In this document: positions 1 through 10,390 of the stretch, in pieces
Position numbering within the stretch: the stretch's first letter is position 1
Layout: the number at the start of each line of letters is the position of its first letter
The notes under the pieces: model-generated
Told to the model about the DNA's origin: nothing
The model's input: only the letters and a program-made list of their open reading frames with translations
Databases searched by the model: none
From: Roseibacillus sp.
Lineage (GTDB): Bacteria; Verrucomicrobiota; Verrucomicrobiia; Verrucomicrobiales; Akkermansiaceae
DNA: 64,000 nt
Reading direction: 5' to 3'
Assembly: GCA_051251855.1 (NCBI GenBank)
Contig: JBPOGI010000002.1
Span: 96,001 to 160,000 of the forward strand
Position numbers and translations under genes: made by a program

Positions 1-255
1 AAGAGGGTTTTGAGCGGGGCCCTTTCCTCGACTTTACGGTGTTAAGTTAGACACGAGAGCGAGAGGCTGGCTATCCTCATTTTATAGGACGTTCGCTCGT
101 AAGTTGTTAAATCTTAATGGTTAATATTAATTTAATTTCCATGGAATTTCTTTAAAATAGTTTGCGTTTTTTTTGGCTCAGATGACCCCAACCCTCTTGT
201 AATAGGCGCCTCCCATAGCCTTGAAGAAGGATGTGTTTTTCAATAAGAACAGCGC

Positions 256-1554
256 TTACTCCACTTTTCTGGCTTCTAGTCGTGATGGAGGCGAGGAGTT
301 GGATTCGCGTTCATCTCGGAGCATTTTTCCTCCTTCTCCGGTGAGCCAGAGATAGTGATCAGAAGGGAGACCTTCGTAGGTAAGAAAGGGGGTGGGCCCG
401 ACGGGCGGGTTGTTGCTGCATTTGAAGATGGCAGTGCCTTCGTCGACTTCGTCGAACATGGCGATGTATATCATCTGGGCTCCCGCTTCTTTGAGGCCGG
501 CAAACTGGGACCAGAGGAACTTTCCTTTGAGCCGAGGGATACTGTTGAAAGGTGCATCGGGGTACATGTTTTGCCAACTGAAGCCGGGGAAACAGACAGG
601 GAGAAAGTCGAGGCTGCGCTGCTCGCACCAAGCAATGTCTTTGGGATAGAGGTTTTGAGCGTGGCGGGTTGCCTCGTCGGGAGTGCGATAGCGACCCGGG
701 GTCCATGGGCTGATAACGTCGGCGAGAGCGAGGATGTCGTGGAGGCTGGGGTCGTCTGTAGAGTCACGGGTTTGTTCGCGCCAATAGGTGGGAACGCCGA
801 GCATGACGGAGCACCCTTGGGCTTTGAAGAATTCGATGAGGGTGCGGCATTCGGCGAGGGAGTATTTGCGGTCGTCGCTGAAGCCGATGCCCCAAATGGC
901 GACGAGGGGTTTGCCTTCGTGGTGGAGATAGGCGGGGTCTTTTCCCATCTGCATTTTTTCTTGCAGCATGGTCCAGTCTTCGGAGACGGCGGTGGTTTCG
1001 CCGGACTTGAGGCCAGAGAGATCATACATGACAGCGTAGGTGCGGCCTTCGCGATTGGCTCCTTCGCGGCAGCTAGAGAGGACTTGGTCTTTGTGATTTC
1101 GGAGGGACTCGTTTCGTAAGCCGTTGGCGAATCGTTGCACGAAGGCTCCGTCAATTTCGTATTCACGCATCCACTGGAAGTGTCGCAGAACGGTAGTGCG
1201 GTTGTGGGAGCTGAAGACCATGGCGGGGTCTCCGTTGGCGAGCTTGAACCCGGTGGGCGCGAGTTCAGAGGGAGTGGCTTCGGAAACATCGGGCCAAAGT
1301 TCGACCCCGACGTTATCAGGTCCAAAGGGTTTGGAGGCTTTGCGCGCCCAGTGAGTCCAGCCTAGGCCAGCTCCGTCGTCGGGGGTGTTGAACCAACCTT
1401 GGTAGCCGGCCATCACTTTGCCCGTGAGGGTTGTGGTGTCGACGCCTTTGACGGAGGGGCCGGTGTAGGGTTGTAGGAGGCTTTCTGGGTTAGCGGAGAG
1501 GAGTGCTGTTTGAAGTATGAAGGATAGAAAGGTCAGGGATGGGAGCAGGTTCAT
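256..1554 (-). CDS. Secreted glycoside hydrolase, GH71/GH99-like
   Basis: Signal peptide; VMAGYQGWF, IDGAFVQRF, YLHHEGKP and AMFDEVDEGTAIFK motifs typical of GH99/71-like proteins. Confidence 0.8.
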   Translation of the reverse strand: MNLLPSLTFLSFILQTALLSANPESLLQPYTGPSVKGVDTTTLTGKVMAGYQGWFNTPDDGAGLGWTHWARKASKPFGPDNVGVELWPDVSEATPSELAPTGFKLANGDPAMVFSSHNRTTVLRHFQWMREYEIDGAFVQRFANGLRNESLRNHKDQVLSSCREGANREGRTYAVMYDLSGLKSGETTAVSEDWTMLQEKMQMGKDPAYLHHEGKPLVAIWGIGFSDDRKYSLAECRTLIEFFKAQGCSVMLGVPTYWREQTRDSTDDPSLHDILALADVISPWTPGRYRTPDEATRHAQNLYPKDIAWCEQRSLDFLPVCFPGFSWQNMYPDAPFNSIPRLKGKFLWSQFAGLKEAGAQMIYIAMFDEVDEGTAIFKCSNNPPVGPTPFLTYEGLPSDHYLWLTGEGGKMLRDERESNSSPPSRLEARKVE

Positions 1555-1811
1555 GAGAGAGTGAGAGAGTGGGTGAGTTTACGGGGGCTGAACCTTGGTT
1601 CTAACGTGAAGAGTGGTCTAAATGAGAGGAGGCCATGGCGTTTCTTCTTGTGGGAGTGAAGGCTGTCGTCATGTTCAAGATTGAGAAACGGTTTGGTAAC
1701 GATATGATGGGTGGGAAATTTGGTGGAAAAAGCGATGGGTTCATCAGCTGAATTTGAGGAGGCTAAAATGTTGATTGGCTGCGTTTACACCAGTTCAAGG
1801 AACCTACAATT

Positions 1812-4800
1812 ATGACCACTCATACTGATTGCCCCGCCTTTTCGATTGCGAAGAGAATTGGCCTGACACTTTTGCATAGCATTTGGCTAATGACCTTTGT
1901 GGTTGTCTCATTCGGGTTTGTGCTGATGAGCAGTGGTCAGGACTTGGGTGGGAATCGAGATAGCTCGGAGGAAATCAGTGAGACGAAATCGGAAGAAGAG
2001 CTCGGGGAGAAGATTTCTGCGGTATCTCCGGTTCGAAGTTACGATAGGCTCACCCAGATAGAAAGAGAGGTTAAAGAATTCCTGAAGTCAGACCTCATCG
2101 CAGAGGCGGAGAAACGAATTTTGGAAGAGCTTCCGGCCATGAGTCAATTATGGTTGAGTGAGAGCTATTTGTCACTGGATGGTGCGGCCGCAGATAGTTT
2201 GCAAAAGGCCATTGCTCAGGAGCCAAGGCTCTTGCCCATTTTGGTAGCGGCTATTCTGGATCTTGAAGAGTCAGAGGCGATTAAGGCGGGTATGTTAGAC
2301 GTTGTTGGTGCGGAAAAGGAGGCAAGTCTTCTGTATGGAAAGATTCTTGCCTCTGATCCTAAGGGTTCTTCAGTGATTCGATTGCATCAGATTCGTCTGT
2401 TAGGTGGAGCGGAACCAAACAAGTTGATTAGCCTTTTGAGTGGTAAGACGAATCCTCAGAAGATTCGGGATGCGATCGGTTCCGCATTTCGTGCGACGAA
2501 GAGTTTCGAGCAGAGTATCGCCTTCATGAATGCTCTATCGGAGTATTTGGAGACGGTGGCCATTGCTCCTGAGGTGCGCTTTGATTGGGTGTCTGGCATG
2601 AGCTATGCCTTTGGAAGCGATCACTACCGCAGAAATCGCCTTTTTGGTGGCTATCAATTGCCTTCTGTGTGGGAGCCACAGGCTCCACACGATCATCAAA
2701 TGAGAGGGAAGGAGAACAATGCGGAGCACGTCAAGGTTCGGCATCAGGCATATCGACGTTATTGTCGGGCGAGCCTTCGTCTCCCTGACCAAGCAGCTTG
2801 GGGGTTTTCTCACCTGGTGGCATTGGCTGACCTCGAAGGGAAGTTTGACACTCATCCAGTATTGGTGGAGCAGGCTCGAACGGCTCTCAAGGCAAGCGGT
2901 CAGCCGACGAGGCTGGGGCTCTTTGCAACCGCCAAGAAGTCACCTCGCTTTTTCTCGCCGGAGCTTTATTTGGCCTATTCTCGTTGGAAAGGGAAGAGGG
3001 TTGAGCTTTCTGAACTATCAGAACCGATTGTGGCGCAGATAGAGCGTCTCGAGAGTTTGTTGCAAGTGAAACCTGCTGACTTTGCGGCGCTGTCACAAGC
3101 GCTCATAGAAGATGCGACCCTGAAGGAAGTTCCTATCTACTACCCTTCTGGTGGAGTAGGGGTGACAGAGGGACTGACTGGGGCCGTCGCTACGCGCCGA
3201 TTACATGAGGTGCTGTTGATTTGGAATGCGAGACAGAACGATGCGGAGATAGAGAGCCTCATTCTGAGCTGTGCTCAAAAGGGAAAGGAAGATGCTTCCT
3301 CGAGTGATGTCGCCAAAGGTCTGGTCAATTACTTGCGGGTCGTCGAGTCTGCCAAAGGACCTGACCAGGTAAGAGACCTTCTCGAACAATTAACGACGAT
3401 TTATCTCGGCCCGCCTCCCGAGCGTGCTAAGGCACTCGAAACCTTGGCTCCTCTCAATGTCATCTGCCGATTGGGCGTTCGTGAGTACCCTGCGGAGAGA
3501 TATCTCGCTGTTCTCAAGCTCATGCTTAAGGAGCCTTCCCTCATCTTTCTCGCGCTGGAGAAGGCCGCTGAGTTAGACCTACTGGAGCGGATGGAGATTC
3601 GTGATTGGATTGAGGATGACGACTTCCGGTCGAAGCCTGAGGAGGTCATCGCTCGTCTGGGTTATTCTCCTTTGGTGGAGAATGTGGAGGGGTTTCATGC
3701 TATTTTTCGGAGTAGTGGGCTGAGTTTTGCGAGCAATTTTCCTAAAGAGCAGACGCTTCTTGAATGGGTGGTTGCGGAGATTGAAAAACTGGATGAGGTC
3801 AGTCAAAAGCCCATTCTCTCTTATTTAGAAGAAAAGAAGACCTTTGGGGCCGAGGTGATGGTGGCTCTTTTAAGTGAGCAGTCCCAATCGAAGGTGGCTG
3901 AGGTTCTAAGAAAAAGGGCAGACGTGATATCCGAACTTTCCGATGAAGGTAAGAGAAGAATCGCGACCTTTGTGATTCCTCAATTGTCGCAAGATGCCAA
4001 GGACGTCAGGAAGTTCTTTGAGGAGGTTCTGGTGGATGAAAATGAAGTTCAATTGAAGGTGTTTAAAGAGAGTTTGATGCCTAAGGATGACGACTCTAGG
4101 ACGAGGAGGGAAAATGCGCCGGGGGAAGTTTTTTTGAGATTTTATCAGCAGGGACCAGGCTTGGCGTTGTTGGCCTTGCGAGAGGTTCAGGGCGTGCAAG
4201 AGGAAGGGGCGGGAAAGGTGGCTTTGTTTTCGGGTGTCAGCGCGCGAGTTCATGAATCCATGGCTAGTGAGTTGTTAGAGAGAATTAACTACGGAGTGTA
4301 TCCTCCGTCAGAGGGGCGTAAGGAAACAGAGTTTTATCTTCGGGTCCTTGCTGATGAACAGTTAGGGCCTCATCTCATTCTTAATCCGCAGCTACTTACC
4401 CCGAGGTTTTCGGATGCGAAAACGGATGAGCAGCGACTCGATGGGATGAAAAATGCTTTGGCTTGGATTGCTGAAGTATACCCTGAGAACCTTGCGAAGG
4501 AGTATTTCTTCATTGCGACGATTGAGCGTGGGGGCTGGCTTTCTTATAGCGCTCAGCGGGCGGCGAAGAACGCGGAGTATCAGCAAGAAGTGTTGTCTGC
4601 TCTACCACCTTCTTTCCGCACTCTCGCAGATGCGGCGCTGGAGTTGGGATCGGTGAGTGACGGGTGGATTTATCAAGAGCCCGTGAAGCCCAAATGGAGT
4701 GAGCCGAAGGTGGCCGAGGCTTTCAAAGTGGTCGCTGAGTTGCTTGCTGATGAGGGTTTGCCGCTGAGTCTGCGCATAGCGGTGGCAACTTCGGTTTGTA

Positions 4801-6194
4801 AGAGTTGTCGGGTTCAGACTGCCCCGAAGGTAGCTCGCCAGTGTGCTGGATTGCTTGCGGATGCTTGGGAAGCCCGCATTCCTGTGGGGGACTTTCAAGC
4901 TGAGGAGATTCTGCGGGTATTTTCCTATCAGGAGATGAGTGAGCCTGACTTGCAGGTTGCGGATCGCTTGGTCAAGGCATGGGAGCGGCGCCTGACACAG
5001 AAGGAATTGGAGGCGGGTGAGGTGGTCCGGATTTCTCATACGGAAATTTGGCTCGCTGGCTTGTGGGCGGTCTTGGGGGACGATGCGTCTTTTACCAATG
5101 CGATGAACAAACGCTATCTAGATTTGTCGGGCTACCAAGCTTTACAGCTCTTACCTCTCTTGGTGCGAGCGGGGAAGGCTGAGGCGGCAGCTGGGATGGT
5201 GAAGAGCTGTGCCCTTGAGCTGGCAAGAAGAACAAGTTCTGATCAGCGAACCTATTATGATCAAGCGATTGAGAAGAATCTCCCTGCACTACTAGTCCAA
5301 CTGGGAGCTCCCGAGGAGCAAGTTCTGGTTGAAGCTCATTTGAAGGGGTTGAGGAACTGGCCCTTTGCGACGGAACTGTCAACGCGAGAGGAGCGTATGA
5401 TGGGGATTGCTGAGAGGGCTTGCAAAATGAGCTTTGAGCATAGCGATATTCGAAAAGGGGTTTATCGTCTTTGTTTTCAAGAGAGGGCTTCCGCGAAGTA
5501 TTTGGCGGAGGGATATATTGAGATGGTGGAGTTGGAGCGACTTGAGAGCACAATGGAAGCCTCGTCGCGCTCTGGGTGGGGGCGTTTGGCGGAAGAGATG
5601 ATTCATTGTGTGTTGAGCGCTGGGGAGGTCGAGAAGGCGATGGAGGTTTTGAAAGTGATGGAGGAGAAGTCGCGAGGAGGCGGGAAGAATTACAAGACGG
5701 TGTGGGAGGCGATGTCGAAGGGGATTTCGAGTGCGGTGAGCACGCATCAAAATCACCCTGAGTTGTTAGAGAAGATGTTGCCAGCGACGCGGTTTATGGC
5801 GGCGTCTTCGGCTGAATGGGGTCTGAGTGATCGTGACCGAGTGGGGGACTATGCGCGCAATATTTTTTGCCATGCGAAGCTGAATCGGATGGGTGCGTGG
5901 AGAGAGTGGCGAGAGGGCTTGGAATCGGAGCTTGGGGAGGAGTTGGATGCGCTTTGGTTTCCGAAGAATGGAAGGATGATTTGGTTGGTTGAAAGTCGGA
6001 TGCGGAAGGATGTTCCGTTGGCCGAGAGGCTTGCGGTGATGAAGAATATTCTGAGTGAACCTCAAGTGGTGGGGACTTCAGGCAAGCTTCATGATGATGC
6101 GATTGGGATGCTGCGGAAACAGGGGTGTTTTACCGCTGAAGAGCTTCTGGAGGTCGAGGAAGAGTTGGTGGAGGTGATGCGGTTGAAGAAATAG
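1812..6194 (+). CDS. Large hypothetical helical protein (1460 aa) with N-terminal hydrophobic anchor/signal
   Basis: 4.4 kb uninterrupted ORF, Leu/Glu/Ala-rich, no catalytic motif recognised; start uncertain. Confidence 0.7.
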   Translation: MTTHTDCPAFSIAKRIGLTLLHSIWLMTFVVVSFGFVLMSSGQDLGGNRDSSEEISETKSEEELGEKISAVSPVRSYDRLTQIEREVKEFLKSDLIAEAEKRILEELPAMSQLWLSESYLSLDGAAADSLQKAIAQEPRLLPILVAAILDLEESEAIKAGMLDVVGAEKEASLLYGKILASDPKGSSVIRLHQIRLLGGAEPNKLISLLSGKTNPQKIRDAIGSAFRATKSFEQSIAFMNALSEYLETVAIAPEVRFDWVSGMSYAFGSDHYRRNRLFGGYQLPSVWEPQAPHDHQMRGKENNAEHVKVRHQAYRRYCRASLRLPDQAAWGFSHLVALADLEGKFDTHPVLVEQARTALKASGQPTRLGLFATAKKSPRFFSPELYLAYSRWKGKRVELSELSEPIVAQIERLESLLQVKPADFAALSQALIEDATLKEVPIYYPSGGVGVTEGLTGAVATRRLHEVLLIWNARQNDAEIESLILSCAQKGKEDASSSDVAKGLVNYLRVVESAKGPDQVRDLLEQLTTIYLGPPPERAKALETLAPLNVICRLGVREYPAERYLAVLKLMLKEPSLIFLALEKAAELDLLERMEIRDWIEDDDFRSKPEEVIARLGYSPLVENVEGFHAIFRSSGLSFASNFPKEQTLLEWVVAEIEKLDEVSQKPILSYLEEKKTFGAEVMVALLSEQSQSKVAEVLRKRADVISELSDEGKRRIATFVIPQLSQDAKDVRKFFEEVLVDENEVQLKVFKESLMPKDDDSRTRRENAPGEVFLRFYQQGPGLALLALREVQGVQEEGAGKVALFSGVSARVHESMASELLERINYGVYPPSEGRKETEFYLRVLADEQLGPHLILNPQLLTPRFSDAKTDEQRLDGMKNALAWIAEVYPENLAKEYFFIATIERGGWLSYSAQRAAKNAEYQQEVLSALPPSFRTLADAALELGSVSDGWIYQEPVKPKWSEPKVAEAFKVVAELLADEGLPLSLRIAVATSVCKSCRVQTAPKVARQCAGLLADAWEARIPVGDFQAEEILRVFSYQEMSEPDLQVADRLVKAWERRLTQKELEAGEVVRISHTEIWLAGLWAVLGDDASFTNAMNKRYLDLSGYQALQLLPLLVRAGKAEAAAGMVKSCALELARRTSSDQRTYYDQAIEKNLPALLVQLGAPEEQVLVEAHLKGLRNWPFATELSTREERMMGIAERACKMSFEHSDIRKGVYRLCFQERASAKYLAEGYIEMVELERLESTMEASSRSGWGRLAEEMIHCVLSAGEVEKAMEVLKVMEEKSRGGGKNYKTVWEAMSKGISSAVSTHQNHPELLEKMLPATRFMAASSAEWGLSDRDRVGDYARNIFCHAKLNRMGAWREWREGLESELGEELDALWFPKNGRMIWLVESRMRKDVPLAERLAVMKNILSEPQVVGTSGKLHDDAIGMLRKQGCFTAEELLEVEEELVEVMRLKK

Positions 6195-6340
6195 GAGCGT
6201 GGTCTTTTTAAGCCGCTCACTTGAGTTGTCGCGAGTTGGGGGGGTAGGCCTGTATACTTTCGAATTCCTGAAGTTGCGGTTTGCAATCTATCTATTCGAG
6301 AAGCGGTCAATCTCAGCGGCTTACAAAGCCACTCTCCTAT
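6191..6340 (+). repeat. ~150 bp REP-doublet/MITE-like element, copy 1
   Basis: Inverted ends ATAGGAGCGTGGTCTTTTTAAGCCGC ... GCGGCTTACAAAGCCACTCTCCTAT; internal GGGTAGGCCTG..TTTCGAAT shared with three other copies. Confidence 0.85.
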
Positions 6341-6437
6341 GCCTGCGGTCTCTGCCACGATAGCTTCTTCCGTCAAAATTTTGAGAAGAGGTCTTTAGAC
6401 TCGTCCTGACGATTTGATTCCTTATGCTGACCGTAAT

Positions 6438-7022
6438 ATGGAACGTCGGGAATTGATGAAGATGATTGCGACTGTGGCCGGGGGGAGCATTGCTCTGCCG
6501 GAGGCGGTTTTTGCGCGGATGGGGGAATCGATTCAGTCGGAAGACTTGAACTTTTTTCGGCCGGCTCAGCGAGCGCAAGTGGCGATGATAGCGGAGGCGA
6601 TCATTCCGAAGACAGATACTCCGGGAGCGATTGAGGCGGGAGTTCCTGCTTGGATCGAAGTGATTGTGAAGGACTGCTTTGATGAAGTAGACCAGGGCAT
6701 CATTGTCGAAGGCCTCGCGGACTTGGCTTTGCGATGCCAGAAGGCACACGGGAAGAGCATTGACCAACTGAGTGGTGAAGAGCAGGTGGCCTTTCTAACT
6801 CAAATGCACAAAGAGACTTTGGCTGAAAAACGGGCTCGGGAGAAGGATGAGGAAAAGGAGAAGCAACGACGAACGTTTCTCGAACAGTTTAAAGACCTGA
6901 CCAAGCTCTGCTATTGCAGTTCGGAAGTGGGAGCGACGGAGGCTTTCGACTATCAGTTGGTGCCTGGAAAATGGGTGGCCTCGATGCCTCTTGAACCCGG
7001 GCAAAAAGCGTGGGCGATCTAA
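6438..7022 (+). CDS. Gluconate 2-dehydrogenase subunit 3 family protein (Tat-exported partner of the GMC enzyme)
   Basis: MERRELMK twin-arginine start at ATG 6438; IIPKTDTPGA and YCSSEVGA motifs; directly upstream of a GMC gene. Confidence 0.85.
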   Translation: MERRELMKMIATVAGGSIALPEAVFARMGESIQSEDLNFFRPAQRAQVAMIAEAIIPKTDTPGAIEAGVPAWIEVIVKDCFDEVDQGIIVEGLADLALRCQKAHGKSIDQLSGEEQVAFLTQMHKETLAEKRAREKDEEKEKQRRTFLEQFKDLTKLCYCSSEVGATEAFDYQLVPGKWVASMPLEPGQKAWAI

Positions 7023-7042
7023 TTCTTACACAAACGAATCTC

Positions 7043-8752
7043 ATGAATGTTTCAACCAAAGGAAAAGCTGCCCACACCTTCGACGCGATTGTCGTTGGTT
7101 CTGGAATTTCGGGTGGATGGGCTGCCAAGGAGCTGACGGAGAAGGGTCTCAAGACTCTTGTTCTGGAGCGTGGGCATGACATCAAGCACATCGTCGATTA
7201 TAAGACGACGCACGCTGCGCCCTGGGAGCTCAATTATCTCAACAAGACGTCACGCCAGATGCTGAAGCAGCAGGAGAAGCAAGCGCGCACGGGTTACACG
7301 GTGCGTCCTGATGCGAGCTACCTTTTTGTGGATGACGAGGACCATCCCTATGAGGAGAAGAAGCGCTTTGATTGGATGCGTGGTTATCATACCGGGGGGC
7401 GTTCCTTGATGTGGGGCAAGCAGAGTTATCGCTTGAGCCCTCTCGATATGGAAGCGAATGCGAAGGATGGAATTTCGATTCCGTGGCCGATTTCTTACGA
7501 GGAGCTGGCTCCTTGGTATTCTTATGTCGAGAGGTTTGCAGGGATTTCGGGTTCGTTGGAGGGGCTTTCTCAACTTCCGGATGGGGAGTTTCAGCCTGCG
7601 ATGGATCTGACTCCTGCCGAGTTGGATTTGAAGGCGGCGATTGAAGGAAAGTGGCAAGGGCGCAATCTGATTCCTGGGCGAGTGGCGCATTTGACCGCTC
7701 CCACGGAAGAGCAGATGGCGCTCGGTCGAGGGACTTGTCTTTATCGTAACATGTGTCGTCGTGGTTGCCCCTTTGGTGCTTACTTTTCGAGTCAAGCGGC
7801 GACTTTAAAGGCGGCAGAGCAGACGGGGAATATGACCCTTCGTTCTCACTCCATTGTGCATTCTGTGATTTATGATGATAAGGCGGAGAAAGCGATCGGG
7901 GTTCGTCTCATTGATGAGGTGACGATGGAGACGATTGAGTATTACGCTCGGGTGATTTTTCTGAATGCTTCCACGGTTGCGTCTACCGCTATTCTTCAGA
8001 ACTCTCAGTCGGAGCGGTTTCCGGAAGGGATGGATGAGAGTGGTTCTCTGGGTGGCTATTTGATGGACCATCATTTGGGAGTGGGTGCTGGGGGAGAGTT
8101 AGAGACTCACCAGGATAAGATTCACTATGGGCGTCGTCCCAATGGGTTTTATATCCCGCGCTATCGAAATCTTCATGAAGACGCGCAGAGTGATTATGTG
8201 CGTGGATTTGGTTATCAGGGTAAAGGAATGCGCCAGGGGTGGACGCGTGGGATTGATGGCTTCGGTGCCGATTTTAAGAAGGAACTCACCTCTTTTGGTC
8301 CTTGGAGGGTGAGTATGGGTGGTTTCGGGGAATGCCTTCCTTATGAAAATAATCGGATTTTCCTCAGTAAGGACAAGACTGACAAGTGGGGCCTGCCTCT
8401 CGTCGTGGCCGATGCTGAGTTTCAGGAGAACGAGGTGAACATGCGGGTGGACATGATGAATGATGCCGCCGAAATGCTTGAAGCAATGGGTGCCAAAAAC
8501 ATCAGGACGAATAATAAGGAGCCATCGATTGGGCTGGGGATTCATGAGATGGGGACGGCCCGGATGGGGAGTTCGCCTCAGGAGTCGGTGCTGAATGCGC
8601 ACAATCAGGTCTGGGGTGCCAAGAACGTCTTTTGCACTGATGGGGCTGCGATGGTGTCGGCGGGATGTACGAATCCGTCTTTGACTTACATGGCTTTGAC
8701 CGCTCGGGCTGCGGACTTTGCGGTGTCGGAGATGAAGAAGGGGAATTTGTAG
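7043..8752 (+). CDS. GMC family FAD oxidoreductase (glycoside 3-dehydrogenase-like large subunit)
   Basis: DAIVVGSGISGGWAAKEL, GGRSLMWG, CLYRNMCRRGCP cysteine cluster, IHEMGTARMG, NPSLTYMALTARA. Confidence 0.9.
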   Translation: MNVSTKGKAAHTFDAIVVGSGISGGWAAKELTEKGLKTLVLERGHDIKHIVDYKTTHAAPWELNYLNKTSRQMLKQQEKQARTGYTVRPDASYLFVDDEDHPYEEKKRFDWMRGYHTGGRSLMWGKQSYRLSPLDMEANAKDGISIPWPISYEELAPWYSYVERFAGISGSLEGLSQLPDGEFQPAMDLTPAELDLKAAIEGKWQGRNLIPGRVAHLTAPTEEQMALGRGTCLYRNMCRRGCPFGAYFSSQAATLKAAEQTGNMTLRSHSIVHSVIYDDKAEKAIGVRLIDEVTMETIEYYARVIFLNASTVASTAILQNSQSERFPEGMDESGSLGGYLMDHHLGVGAGGELETHQDKIHYGRRPNGFYIPRYRNLHEDAQSDYVRGFGYQGKGMRQGWTRGIDGFGADFKKELTSFGPWRVSMGGFGECLPYENNRIFLSKDKTDKWGLPLVVADAEFQENEVNMRVDMMNDAAEMLEAMGAKNIRTNNKEPSIGLGIHEMGTARMGSSPQESVLNAHNQVWGAKNVFCTDGAAMVSAGCTNPSLTYMALTARAADFAVSEMKKGNL

Positions 8753-8757
8753 GGGAG

Positions 8758-8904
8758 TGGGAGAGTGGTCTTTATAAGCCGCTACCTTGGATAGCCTATC
8801 GTGAGGGGTAGGCCTGCTCGCTTTCGAATCCTTGGAATCGGGGTGTGTGAACCCTCTCTCTGTGAAGCGCTCAATCTCCGTGGCTTACAAAGCCACGCTC
8901 CTAT
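8758..8904 (+). repeat. ~150 bp REP-doublet/MITE-like element, copy 2
   Basis: GGGAGAGTGGTCTTTATAAGCCGC ... GTGGCTTACAAAGCCACGCTCCTA, lying between convergent genes. Confidence 0.85.
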
Positions 8905-8911
8905 TCCTTTG

Positions 8912-10386
<1,475 letters not shown>

Positions 10387-10390
<4 letters not shown>

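Noticed and set aside
100..180. AT-rich tract near the window start
   Set aside because: Probably a promoter for a gene outside the window; no specific site can be supported
6191..8904. Repeats as a CRISPR array
   Set aside because: Copies are dispersed, ~150 bp long and end in inverted repeats; no regular repeat-spacer period and no cas genes
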